Part shown: piece after piece, positions 37,142 through 50,165 of the stretch
Numbering within the stretch: the stretch's first letter is position 1
Layout: every line of letters begins with the position of its first letter
Assembly (NCBI GenBank): GCA_964016885.1
Contig: OZ024741.1
Coordinates: 351,726,001 to 351,790,000, forward strand
DNA: 64,000 nucleotides
Reading direction: 5' to 3'
DNA from: Eledone cirrhosa
Lineage: Eukaryota
Program-made: the position numbers and the translations under genes
The notes under the pieces: generated by a model
The model's database searches: none
What the model saw: only the letters and a program-made list of their open reading frames with translations
Told to the model about the DNA's origin: nothing

Positions 37142-38306
37142 TAGGTTTCACATTTGGTAGTTGCACAGGAGCAGAAAGCAGCAAACACTCACAGGAAACA
37201 AGCTCTATGAAATTATTAGAGGGTTCCATAGAAGCAGTTGACAGTTTCTGTTACCTGGATCACCAAATTAGCAATGGATGTGGGTGTTCTGAAAGTACAG
37301 AAGCTAGAGTGTGAATGGGATGGAAAAAGTTCAGGGAGCTACTAGAACTGCTAGCTACAAAAGGTTTTTTTCCCTCAAAATGAAGGGCAGATCGTATGAT
37401 GCTTGTATACTAACAGTAATGTTGCATAGTAGTGAGACCTGGGCACTGTGTGCAGAGGACCTACGAAGATTGGAAAGAAACTAAGCTTGCATGCTACAAT
37501 GGATGTATAATAGTAACATACATGAACAGCAAAGTGTAAATGAACTAAGAGAAAGACTGGGTATAGGCGGAATCAGATGCAGTGTGCAGGAAAGGTGATT
37601 GCAATGGTATGGACATGTGATGCGTATGAAGGATGACAACTGTATAAAAAGATGCAAGGCACTGAAAGTTGATGGAAGCTATGGAAGCGGAAGACCTAGG
37701 AAGGTTTGGGATGAGGGGATAAAAGCTGACCTCGCACAATTACGCTTCTTAAAGGTGATAACACAGGATTGAGATTTCTGACATTATGCAGTATTGCAGA
37801 AGGCCTGCCTTCCCATGTGTATAAGTTGAAGCAAACATTTAGTGGTCTCTAATATGCAACCCCCACTTCTATAAACTGTCCACATCCTAACACTCCATTC
37901 TTCACCAGCTAAGTACCCCACCCTAGACATACCTCGCCAATCCCCACCCTACATACACCTACCACCACCCCTAGTGTAAAGTGGTCATCTTGGTGTCACA
38001 ACAAAAAGTGCCAAGGCTTTACTGTAAAGTATTCATGTTGGTGACATGACAAAAAGTGCTCAATGCACACTATAAAGTGGTTGCGTTGGTGACAACAAAA
38101 AATGCCCAGTTCACACTGTAAAGTGGTCATGTTGGTGCCATGATAAAAGGCACCCAGTCTCCATACTGAAAATGTGATTGGCATTAGGAAGGGCATCCAG
38201 CCATAGAAACCAAACCAGAAATAGTTTTGTATAACCAAGATACGGTTATCTGATCTGACTTGTCTAAACCATGCTAGCATGGAAAAATAGACTTAAATGA
38301 TGATGA
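37142..38306 (+). mobile_element. Older RTE 3' fragment with an extended modular 3' UTR
   Basis: GSIEAVDSFCYLD...; degenerate C-terminus; four UTR modules plus the AGGAAGGGCATCC core; GAT tail. Confidence 0.85.
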
Positions 38307-38528
38307 TATATATATATAACTAGATAAAAAGAGAGTAAGAAAAAAAGCATAAATGCAGGGAGATTTGAGCAAATGAAGAAGAGACTGAGGGGCAGATAAA
38401 TACATAGAAAGGGAGAGCAAGGATATAGAAAGAGACAGCAAAGAAAAAAAAAAAGAGAAGAAAATCTTAAGACAAACAGAAATATGATGAAGATTGAAAC
38501 TATAACAGATCCATGACAATGATGGCGG

Positions 38529-38580
<52 letters not shown>

Positions 38581-38867
38581 TTGAATGGTTATAACAACAA
38601 AAAATACTGCTATTACCACCACCACTACAACTATTTCCATGAGGACTACTACTACTACCAGCAAGAGAAAGAGCTTGCCACTGTGAAAAATGTCCATGAT
38701 TTAGTGTTTGTTCTAAGTGGAAGAAACTGGTGTTATGGGGTGGGGAGGAGCAGGAAGACAAGAGGTTGGCTAGGAAATCTGTGTCTGGTAAAAAAGATAT
38801 GAAGAATCAATATTATGGCTTTTAGTCACAAACTTTCACACACACACAAACATGTATGAGTGTGTAT

Positions 38868-39605
38868 ATCATCATCATTAAACATCCATTTTTCCACGCT
38901 AGCATGGGTTAGACGAGTTATCCTGTTGTGAGAAATGTCAGGTCAGGTGACTATGTCTTTTTTATACAGAACTGATTTGGGGTTGGTTTCTCCATCTGTA
39001 TGCCCTTCCTAATGCCAACCACATTTACAGTGAGTGCTGGGTTCTTTTTGTCATGTCCACATCACGACCACTTTGCAGTGTGGGCTTCACTAGATGTATA
39101 CTTCAGCCTGTCCTTATGAGAAAAGTATGGAAGGGTGGGGTGGTGTGGAAGTGGGGGTGGAGCATAGTATATATATGCTTCAGCCTGTGCTCATGGGTAG
39201 GTGGGTCTTCTGTATTACTGCATAACGCCAGAGATCTCGGTCCTGTGTCATTGTCTTTGAGCAAGGTCAGCTTTTATCACCTCATCCCAAGTCTTCCTGG
39301 GTCTCCCCACTCCAAGGCTTCCTTCGACTTTGAGTGCTCTGCACCTTTTCATACAGCTGTCATCCTTCATACGCATCACATGTCCACACCAATGCAATTT
39401 CCTCTCCTGCACACTGCATCTGATTCCTCTTTGCCTAGTTTCTCTCTCAGTTCGTTTATGCTTTGCCATCAAGTAATTACTATTACACATCCATTGTTTC
39501 ATTTCTTTCCAATCTTCACAAGTTATCTGCACACAGTGCGCATATCTCACAACCATGCAACATTACTGTTCATATGCACGCATCATACAGTCTGCCTTTC
39601 AGGAC
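38868..39605 (-). mobile_element. Older RTE 3' fragment
   Basis: RGIRCSVQERKLHWCGHVMRMKDDSC...GRPRKTWDEVI; UTR and ATC tail. Confidence 0.85.
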
Positions 39606-39607
39606 TT

Positions 39608-39775
39608 ATATATACAGCATACAAAAGATAACACTACTAGGAACTGCATACATATTACGAAAATTACTATCAATACAATAGAAACAACATCAGCAAAAAC
39701 TACACTGCTCATACACAAGGCACACACAGCTGTGCTCGGTAAAGCAGTAATGATGCACAATAAAAATAATAACAA
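39608..39775 (+). mobile_element. R4/Dong-like LINE 3' end
   Basis: IYSIQKITLLGTAYILRKLLSIQ*; reverse complement of ~5605-5770. Confidence 0.75.
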
Positions 39776-39789
39776 TTCAAGTCATTTCT

Positions 39790-40075
39790 ATCTCTAGATC
39801 TTTATATTTGGAGAGTTCTCTATTTCCTTGGAAGATATATTGTTGTCTGTGGGGATAGATACATCTATTAGAAGACATTTTTTTCTTTGTGGTCTTTGAC
39901 TATAATATCTGGTTGGTTGGCCTTGATCTCTGTCTGTATGTATTGACATATCCCAGAGAATGGTTGTTTTGTCATTATCTGACACTTTTTCTGGTGTGTT
40001 TGTACCATCTTTTTTCTGTTGGCATACTTTCCAGTGTATGTAGGTCCCAACTCTATCATGCCTGTGGATATATTC
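39790..40075 (-). mobile_element. R4/Dong-like RLE fragment
   Basis: TILWDMSIHTDR..ANQPDIIVKDH..CLLIDVSIPTDNNISSKEIE. Confidence 0.75.
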
Positions 40076-40149
40076 TTTTTTGGCTAGAGCCAGACATTAT
40101 TATTGGGGCTGTCATTATTTTTAGTATTATCATTATTATTATTATATTA

Positions 40150-40372
40150 AGGGTGGTGGATTCGCAGTATCAGTTGGGTGTCCGACAATATGCTTTGCGG
40201 CACAGTCACGACCCTTTACATTCTGACTTCAAATCTCGCCAAAGTTAGCTTTGCCTTTCATCCTTATGGGGTCAATAAAATAAAGCCCCAGTAACACTGG
40301 GGTTGATTTAAGCGACTTCCCACCCACCTTCAAATTGCTGGCCTTGTGCCTATATTAGAAATCATTTATTAT
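40150..40372 (+). mobile_element. SINE of a second family (Meta-domain-like core). Further copies at ~46660-46820(+), 46830-47040(-), 53670-53930(-), 55210-55350(-), 55710-55800(+) and 59240-59362(+)
   Basis: Recurrent TTCTGAGTTCAAATC..CGAGGT..ACTTTGCCTTTCATCCTT..GGGGTCGATAAAATAAAGTACCAGT and an (ATT)n tail. Confidence 0.65.
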
Positions 40373-40679
40373 CATTACTTGAGGTTCATTGGCGAATGAA
40401 GACACTGTCTTGTGTTCATTCATATTTCATCCCCTACAGCTCAAGTTCCATGTTTTCAGTGTGAGATGTGATGCCATTACAGTTGTGACTGGGGGAGGGA
40501 TATATGAGGGTGTGTGCAGAAAGGTCTCAGTGAGTCTGTATGAGCATGAATTGCTCATTTAGCAACACCATCATCTTCATGTATTTATTTACTTACTTTT
40601 GTTTATGGTAGCTGTCAATATCACTATTACTATTATTATTGTTGTTTTTCCTTTTCCTTCAGTATTGTTTCTGTTATAT

Positions 40680-41380
40680 GCTGAGTGTCTTCCTGACACC
40701 TAGGGCAAATAAACTCACTGTATACATTGGTAAGCCAGTTAATATACCAAATTGATTATAATTTTCAGAGAGATAGTGCTTTTCTCAATACATGTGCAGT
40801 ACCAGTTAAAACAATTTTTTGCACCTTTTGCAGAGAGGGTAAATCAGGGATCATTCTCAAATACTGTTCTGTTCTTTTCTTGATCATTCCCACCATCACT
40901 GGTATTGTAATGGCCTTGAGGTGCCGCATTTTTTCAATTTCAATTAGCAGATCTTTATATTTTCTTAGCTTGTCAAATTCTTTTGCCGCGATATTGTGAT
41001 CACATGGGATGCTCATATCAATCAATAAACAGACTTTGCTATGTTGGTCTTTTACAATGATATCTGGTCTATTAGCTTTTATGGTTTGGTCAGTATGTAC
41101 AGGAAAGTCCCAAAGAATTGTTACTTTTTCTCCATCAGTTCCAGCCTCAGTGTGATGGTTGTACCACTTGTCAGCAGTTTGGATTTTATAATGCCGACAT
41201 ATTAATCAGTGTAGATATTGGCCAACACTGTCATGACTAGATTTGTACTTTACTGGTGCTAAAACTTTACATCCTGAGATTAAGTGGGCCACTGTTTCAA
41301 CCTCATCATTGCAGAATGAGTTTCAGCATACAGTCATTTGTTGTTTCAAGGTATTTGGCCAGTCCAATAGTGGTGGTCTT
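40680..41380 (-). mobile_element. R4/Dong-like RLE domain and 3' end
   Basis: VTILWDFPVHTDQTIKANRPDIIVKD; LIDMSIPCDHNIAAKEFDKLRKYKDL...VQKIVLTGTAHVLRKALSL. Confidence 0.85.
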
Positions 41381-41714
41381 GTTATTATTATTATTATTGT
41401 TATCATTATTATGTTTTCATATTAGTGGCGGTGTTGCAGTGTGGTTGATGGTTGGAGTGGTGGTAGGGTGTATACCTGTTGACTAGCTTCTCTCTTAGCT
41501 ACTTGGTACTGGTTTCTGCTACCTCCATTTTTCCAGTCTTTCCATGTCTGTCCCTTGGCCTCAATGGCTCTATCCACTGTGCTGTTCCACCACCAGGCCA
41601 CCCTCTGTCAGACTGGCACATTTCTCCAGCCACTTGTCTCTTCAGTAGTTTGCAAAAATTGTCACATAGGAATTTCTCGTTGTCCTCTACATTATATGTA
41701 CCTATATATATATT

Positions 41715-41880
41715 TATTTATTAAAATAACAGATTAAAGTTAAGGCAAAGAATCGCTGCTTTCACTCTTAATGGGATCTTCTGAAACTAAAAAGAAGATC
41801 CCATTAAGGGGGAAAGCAGCGATTCTTTGCTTTAACTTTAATTTGTTATTTTAATGAATATTTGCTCTACTGGTTTTATA
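41715..41880. repeat. Short foldback copy of family A
   Basis: AAAATAACAGATTAAAG..GATCTTCT-spacer-AGAAGATCCC..GTTATTTT plus the extension TTTGCTCTAC. Confidence 0.85.
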
Positions 41881-41904
41881 TATATTTATATATATATAAT
41901 CCTT

Positions 41905-42206
41905 ATAAGCTGAAGCATATAGACAATATTCCCCCACTGCAAAGTGGTCGTGGAGGTGCCACGGCAAAAAAGTACCCAGTCCACACTGTTCATTGGACGT
42001 AGGCGCCACGGAAAAAAGCACCCAGCACTCACTGTAAATGAGGTTGGTGTTAGGAAGGGCATCCAGCTGTAGAAATCAAGCCAGAATCAGTTCCCGTATG
42101 AGCAAGACAAGGTCAGCCGACCAGACACTGCCCACAACAGGACAACCCGTCTAACCCATGCTAGCGTGGAAGAACGGACGTAAAACGGTGATGATGATGA
42201 TGATGT
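41905..42206 (+). mobile_element. RTE 3' UTR fragment with (GAT)n tail
   Basis: Matches 210-511. Confidence 0.85.
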
Positions 42207-42419
42207 ATGTATGTTATTATGGTATGTATGGTATGGTATGGTATGTGTGTGTGTGTGTTAAGTATATCCGTAGAAAAGGTAACGGAAAGAAGAGTGCTCT
42301 ATGTATAGTACAGAGCTATTTAATTACATAATAAACAACACAATATAATTATTCCATTACCAAAAGTTTTAGGAAACTAGATGATCCTTACAGAATTATC
42401 TAATTAAATATTATGTAAT

Positions 42420-42449
<30 letters not shown>

Positions 42450-42453
<4 letters not shown>

Positions 42454-42648
42454 AACGAGTAGGACCCCGATGGCTGAGCTCAAGCCGTCGAAACGGCTTG
42501 AGCTCAGCCGTCGGGGTTCTACTCATTCCTATTACCCACTCTACTACCCTAAGTATTGAGTACTTTGGTGCGTTATGGTCCACCTGGTCTAAGTATTGAG
42601 TACTTTGGTGCGTTATGGTCCACCTGGTTCCTTACCACATTTCCTTCG

Positions 42649-42650
<2 letters not shown>
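42450..42650. repeat. Hairpin plus terminus element (family D); terminus also at 8120-8190
   Basis: ~38-bp inverted arms around CGAAA; a duplicated CTAAGTATTGAGTACTTTGGTGCGTTATGGTCCACCTGGT; TA flanks. Confidence 0.8.
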
Positions 42651-42694
<44 letters not shown>

Positions 42695-42706
42695 AATTAA
42701 GATAAT

Positions 42707-43490
42707 CAAAATTATGGGTGTCATGCCAGAAAGACATGCGCCATATCACCCGCAAAATAAGCTCTAAGATTCTAGCGAATAGGTCCGAGCATTTTATAAT
42801 AACTAGAAATTGATTAACATATAAATTAACATGAATAATCACAGGAGATCATTTTTACAAGTGTGTAAGCACACATAGCTAGGTAGGTAACTAAATAAAG
42901 TTAACCAGAACTTCAAAAATAGATACCTTATAATATGATTAATCTTCCCTGTATATATTCCATTAAAGAAATATATTTCACCAATTAATCGAATGGTAAA
43001 CCATGGAGGCCCGGTACTTGGATTTTCAACAAGGAAGAAGTCCAGCGATCTATGTTTACACTTCAAGTTCAAATCAGCGACTGGCCAGCAACACGTGCTT
43101 GTATCTACTAGAAATACACACATCATACCAGCTTCGTCACAGTGGCGTGAATAGGGTTATCGACAACTAGAAACAGCAGTCAAATCCTTTCAACAGAGTT
43201 AGCTCTACAATTAAGGAGCCGTATTTATATATCTATATCCAAAATTATGGGTGTCATGCCAGAAAGACATGCGCCATATCACCCGCAAAATAAGCTCTAA
43301 GATTCTAACGAATAGGTCCGAGCATTTTATAATAACTAGAACTTGATTAACATATAAATAAACATGAATAATCACAGGAGATAATTTTTACAAGTGTGTA
43401 AGCACACATAGCTAGGTAGGTAACTAAATAAAGTTAACCAGAACTTCAAAAATAGTTTATTTATATGTTAATCAATTTCTAGTTATTATA
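42707..43490. repeat. Two ~215-bp direct repeats around a ~320-bp core, with a short inverted terminal copy; TA-flanked
   Basis: 42707-42922 is nearly identical to 43240-43455; 43455-43490 is the reverse complement of ~43328-43362. Confidence 0.85.
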
Positions 43491-44023
43491 TATATATATA
43501 TAAAGTTATATATCTGTATAAATGGAGAGTGTGTAACCGAAACTGCACCAACATCTATAAATAAATTTACATATCTAATTTGAAGACATGTAAACATGCC
43601 AGAAAATATGCATTTCCCTGTAAATTGAAAAAATGATAATCTTCTTTAATCAATTTTTGGATTTTATTGAACCATTGTATATCATCTAATCAACCAGAAG
43701 GAAACATGTAATTGATGGCTATATATACTCATTCACTCTTCATTATTCTGAAATACTAATTTGCATATAAGTAGCGCTTATAAGTAATTAATTAAAATAT
43801 ATAGTAAGAGGTGCAGATGAAGTGTATGATAAATATAACTCCAATGAACTACTATAAATATATATATATACTCTCTCTTTCTATATATATATATCCTATA
43901 TACACTCATTGCTAAATAGTGAGCCTTGATACTCTGGAGTTTCACCTGCTTATCATAGGGTCATTGGACTCTACTTCAGTACATTGAGTACTCTTTTCTC
44001 TCAACAATCAATTACATACAGAT

Positions 44024-44061
<38 letters not shown>

Positions 44062-44337
44062 AAATTGAAAAAGATAAAATAAAAAAATATATGCAAGATC
44101 ATCTATTTGATGACTAGATTAGTTAGAAGCAAGATCAAGAAAGGTGTGGTTGTAGTAGTGGTGAAAGTGAAACAAGAACAGCGACAATCACCACAACAGC
44201 ATTCACAACAACAAACCAGTGTTGTCATCCGAAAATCATCTCTAAAAGTACACTGCTGACTGAAATCAGTTAATTGAACACACACTTACATACACAGAAA
44301 CAGAAATGCACTCACACATACACTCTCACAGAGACAC

Positions 44338-44688
<351 letters not shown>

Positions 44689-45172
44689 ACACACACAATG
44701 TTTAACGATCAATATTGTGCTGAAGATTACTAAATTGACTTTTTTCAATCGATGATGCCAGCCAACATTATTGAAAGATGATGGCATGGTTTGTTTGTTT
44801 TTTTCTCCATGATCATCGTTGTCATTATTAATATCAGCATCACCATCAATATCATCTGCAGCAACACAACTATCATCACCACCAACTTCATCATTGCTCT
44901 CATATACCTCTTGTTGTGCTGCCATTGTTGAGGCACACATACACTCTCTTATTAGCAAGGTCACTCTCTAAACTATGACTATCTATCTACATATCTGTCT
45001 TTTTTCCAAATATGACTGACAAACACATGCTTACTTTTCTCTTTTACTCTCGTTTGTCTACCTTTTAATTTTCTCAGTTTCTATCTTTCAGTGAAGGACT
45101 ACCACCCAAAACAGCTCTTTTCCAACTATCAAATGTTAAACTAATATAATACACACACACTCACATATATAT

Positions 45173-45245
<73 letters not shown>

Positions 45246-45584
45246 ACATTTACTATTTGATAAGTTCAAAAAAGCCTGTGTGGTGAAAACTTTCAAAAAT
45301 GAATCCAAATGCGTGCATGTGTGTCAGGTTAGGGTACTATCGATGTCCTCTTTCTGGAGAGACAACTACAGCAGAGGTACAGAGGTACTTAGCAAAGAGT
45401 AAAATACTGTATGGGGATCCTCCATTTGTAGATCTGAAGAAGGCCTTTGACAGGGTTCCACACACTATAGATTTGCGAGCTAGGTGTAGACAAATGGCTT
45501 GTGAGGGTCATGCAGGCCATGTATAAAGGAATAACCAGAATTAGAAGTTGAGCAAAGAAAACAAAATAATAATGATAATAATAG

Positions 45585-46330
45585 AGTATAAATCAAAGTA
45601 TGACAGAGTTAACCAATATCTACACTGGTTAATATGTTGGCATTATAAAATCAAAACTGCTGACAAGTGGTATAAGCATCTACCTGAGGCTGTAAATGAG
45701 GGAGAAAATGTAATGATTCTTAGCGACTTTTCTGTTCATGCAGACAGAGCCACCCTTATTGCCGCCACCTCCTCCTCCTTTGCCCACTTATTCCTGCGAG
45801 GGTTGTGGGGGCAGAGTCCTCAGACACTCCTCCTTCCAGCGGGTCCTGTCAGAAACAACCATCTCCAACTGATCTGGCTGGATCCCCAAGCGGGACCAGC
45901 TGAGCTCATGGATGTTATCCAACCATCTTGCTCAGGGTTTACCCTTGGGTCTCCTGCCAGTTGGTTTTGCCCATAAAATCTGTCCAGCAATTCTTTCCTG
46001 AGACATTCTAACCACATGCTTATAGAATTGGAGCTGTGTTCTCTCAATTCGGAGAAGTAGCGGTTGTACCTGAAGTGAATCTCTGATCTCCGAACTATCC
46101 ACTCTATTGAGTAATGTTACTCCAAAGACTTGCTGATTGAAATTGAAAAAGATGTAGCATCTCATCTCAGGGCTGTTACTATACCAGTGATTGTAGAAGC
46201 ACTAAGAATTATTAAAAAAGGAACAGAACAGTATTTGAGAATGATCCCTGGCTTACCATTACAGCAAGAAGTGCAAAACATTGTTTTAACTGGTTCAGCA
46301 TACAAATGAGAAGAACACTATCGCAGTGAG
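45585..46330 (+). mobile_element. R4/Dong-like remnant interrupted by an RTE fragment
   Basis: EYKSKYDRVNQYLHWLICWHYKIKTADKWYKH..., resuming at ~46175 with IPVIVEAL..IPGLPLQQEVQNIVLTGSA. Confidence 0.75.
45790..46170 (-). mobile_element. RTE-like LINE 3' fragment nested in an R4/Dong remnant
   Basis: GVTLLNRVDSSEIRDSLQVQPLLLRIERTQLQFYKHVVRMSQER..GRRPKGKP. Confidence 0.7.
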
Positions 46331-49239
46331 AATGATAATCATCTATGTAATTCTTTTTTTGCATAACTTTATTTGATTATATTCGATAATTATATAATTA
46401 TAAATAATTGAATACTACTATATGATTGAATATTATTATGTTGTAAATATGATTTTAAACAGTTAATAGGCACACGTATATACTTGTAACAGTGTAAAGT
46501 GCATAATATGAACAATCTGGTGTGTTTATTTTTGTGGTTTATCAATGTATGCAGTGTGTTTCTCTGCCTTAGGTGTCAGGAAGACACTCAGCAAGAAATG
46601 GAAACAAAACTAAAAGGAGGAGCAGGAGGAGAGTCACTATTATTGCATAGAGTTATGGCCTTTTACGTTCTGAATTCAAATCTCGCTAGGTTAGCTTTGC
46701 CTTTCATCCTTACGGGGTCGATAAATATAATACCAGTAATGCACTGGGGTCGATTTAATCGACTTTCCCCCTCCCCTTCAAATTGCTGTGCCTATAGTAG
46801 AAATTATTATTATTATTATTTCTAACATAGTCACAAGACCAGCAATTTTTGGCAAGTGGGAAAGTCAATTAAATAGACCTCAGTACTTGACTGGTATTTC
46901 ATTTTCCCAGTCCTGAAAGGATGAAAAGCAAAATTGACCGTGACAGGATTTGAACTCAAAATGTAAAGTGCAGTAACTAAATACTGCAATGGCATTTTAT
47001 CCGACACACAAACAACTCTGCCAATCCACTGCCCTAATAATATAATTTTGGTACAAGGCCAGCAATTTTGAGGGAAGGGAAAGTGGATTATATCAACACC
47101 AAAACTTAAGTCATCAACCAAATATAATTAATATTAAACACAAATCTTTCATGTTTTATTTATTCTTCTTTCTCTTTCTTCCTCTCATTCCTCACCATAA
47201 CTCTTACCACATCCCTCCCATTAACACTTATTGCCTTTTCTCTCCCTCTCCTTACTGTCTTCCTTTCTATCAGTCTACAGCAGACAGAGAATTAAAAGAT
47301 AATAGTCCAAACAAGGTTATTTCCCTTTGAAAGTTAGCATTACATTCAAACACCTGTCCTGACAAGTAGAATCATCTATTTTTAAATAAGACTTGGCTGA
47401 CTTACAAAACATTGGGAAATTTGAATTTTGAAAATATAGTCGCTACAATGCAGGTAATATTGGTTGATAACTGCAGGTGCATTTGTCCACTTCTTCTTCG
47501 TTACAGGGATATTTTACCTGATGAATGTTATCTTTAGTTATCAACTATTATAATAGTTATTTATATTGTGGTGGCTATATTTTCAATTCTTTTAAAAATA
47601 TTTATAGCTTATTTGAAACGTGCTCACACAGACAAAAAACATACTATATGCAATCCATACAGAGACCAGCAACAATGTTTAGATATCCCTCTATGGTCAC
47701 CGTTTCAGCTGAAATCAGAGCTGGTGCTACCATTAAGATTAACACACAGTCACCTGAAGCACAGACTCAGGGGTCTATTTCTGGACATTAAATGATGACA
47801 GTTCTATACAAATTTGTATAATTAGATTAAATATGTAATACTTTCCCTGACATCAACAAATTAATCACTAAACATCTTTGCCATGTAGCAGTGTTGTAGA
47901 AATATCCAAAGTAGTGGAAAGGGTCATATTATGCTATGACCTGCCACATGATTTGGCATGAGTGAGTGTGGACTGTGTAGTAGAAAATGCAGGTTTCGTA
48001 ATTTTTTTACTGAGGTCAGAGCAAGAGGTGTCAAAAACTAGGTTTATCAGCTTACCAAACTGTAAGATGAAATTATTTTATTTGGGAGAATGGGGTGCAC
48101 ATTGTAGGGCTGGCTTAGGGCAATAAATACCCAAACACTTGTTCTGGCTATGACTATCCTATCTTTTTCTTTCAGACATATCCTGGACTATGTTATCCAA
48201 TGTGTTTGTCCTACTTTTAAGAGGGTTGGGAATAATTTGAAGGAGATTTTGTTAATTCTAACAGGTTAAACAGGTAGCTCTTTCATTGTTAATTAAATAG
48301 GTGTGTTATTAGTTTTCCCAACAAAGATTTACTTTATAGAGAACTCACCACAAACTTCTGCAGGACCATTCTTATTTTAGAAGGAACCAAGCTTAGTAAA
48401 CAGCTTGCCTCAATTACAATTGATGAGGCCACTGGTTTATCTGAAGCACTGATGGGGTAACATCTGAGAGTACATGTTAAGTGATCTCTGGCCTTCACCT
48501 CTACCAGAAGGAGATACATTTAAGGCATAAAGAAAAAAGAAAAACCCACCACCAACACCATTAGATACTATTTTTAGCAAGTCAAGCAACAACCTAGAGG
48601 TTGCTTCATCGTTGATAAAATAAAAGTTGTTAGTGTCTTTACACAGAGATCTGTTTTTTAGAACTCAGAGCAAAACTTTCTGCCATTTCCATTTTTGGAG
48701 AAGCCAAGCTACTAAATTGGTTGCCAGAATTGTTTTTATGTAGGGTGGCTGAATACCTGAGAGTATGTGTTAAGTGATATCTGACTTACACTTACAGCAG
48801 AAGGGGATCAATACAGGGCACATATAAAGAGGGACAACAACACTATCACCTGTAGCAAAGACCAAGGTGGTGGGGGAAAAAAAAAAAAAAAAAAAAAAAA
48901 GAGTACTGGGAGGGGACGATAAAGTCTGACTTGATATATACTTTCTGTTTGAAAATTAAACAAAGAGACAAGGGCAGTATCTAATAAAAACAAAACACAC
49001 TATTAGTGGGAACAAAAAAGGAAGAAATAAAAAGAAAATTAATAGAGGAAAAAAAAATGGATCAAGCAACTGAAAGAAGAGAAGGACAGGTACTACACCC
49101 CAGTCTGAGCAGTGCTCAGCCAGGGCCCCATGTACAAAATGACAAAGACATTACTATGGAGAATGGCCAGAGACACCCGCTACAACAGCCACCCTACCTC
49201 AAGCCTGCCACCATCTTCCCGACTTTACAGAGAAAATCA

Positions 49240-50165
49240 GTTGCACAAGCATGAAGGACACCAGAGATCTCGACGGACACAGGTACAAAGAGAAAGCAGT
49301 CAGTCAGGCCCTGGTATTTAACTATCTTCCTCTCCTTTGCATTGCAGGCAGCAGAGTCTTGATTTGTGGCCTAAGTGACAAGGCTGGAGGCAGAGAAAAA
49401 ATTGTGGCACATCACGTCCCAGAATTGTGCCCACCCTCAAAAAAGAAGAGGGTTAGTCCACCGGGGCACCTGCCATCACCATGGTCAAGGCTAATGGGCT
49501 CTAATTGTGATGGGAAACCAGTTGCATTGACGTTCCTTCTGAAGATGTTGTTCAGAGCAGCATGACAGAGAAGCCGGCCTGCATTAAGGTGGCAAGATAA
49601 CAAGTGCAAAATGAACTCATCAACCATGGCTCCACAATGCCATTTGTGTGGCTCACACATGCAGAGGCTGAGGTGCTATGCCACTGCAATGCGGGTGCAC
49701 TCCTCATCAAAAACGGTACCAGTTGATGAAGAAGGCACCAAACTGAGCCAAGTGCCACTATTTGGTTGCAAGGTGCAGCATAGCAGGTATGACAGTGTTG
49801 GTCTGAGGAAGACTTGATCTGCCTGAAGGTGGACTTGCCTTTGACAGTGTCCCAGTTATGTTGGTCATTTGTATACTGGGGGATGGTAAGACTTTTGTCA
49901 ATCCAATTAGACAGAGCCGACACCAGTTTCCAGGCTACATCAGGTTCTGTCATCTTGCGAAGGATCTTGTTGATGAGTGTGCAGCTGGAGGAGATAGGCA
50001 GGCATTGCCAAGTCAAGGATTGCAGGTTGAGGTTGCCAAATCTCACAAGGAGTTTCGCCTGTTGCCAGCCAGCCAGCAGTGTCAAAGCAAACATTGCAGA
50101 TGAGCTCCGAACAGCGTCAGAAGGTGGCATTGAGTTCGACAAGCCCCTGGGGGAACACTTCCCAT
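49240..50165 (-). mobile_element. CRE-clade non-LTR retrotransposon 3' remnant (zinc knuckle plus restriction-like endonuclease)
   Basis: WQQAKLLVRFGNL; SGTWLSLVPSSSTG...TRIAVA; CEPHKWHCGAMVDEFILHLLSC..AGRLLCHAALNNIFRR..GFPSQLEPISLDHGDGRCPGGLTL; ERKIVKYQGLTDCFLFVPVSVEISG. This fits the CRE RLE pattern (LEP.GL..DGKRPDG.T...K..KY...F.P...E..G). Confidence 0.8.
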
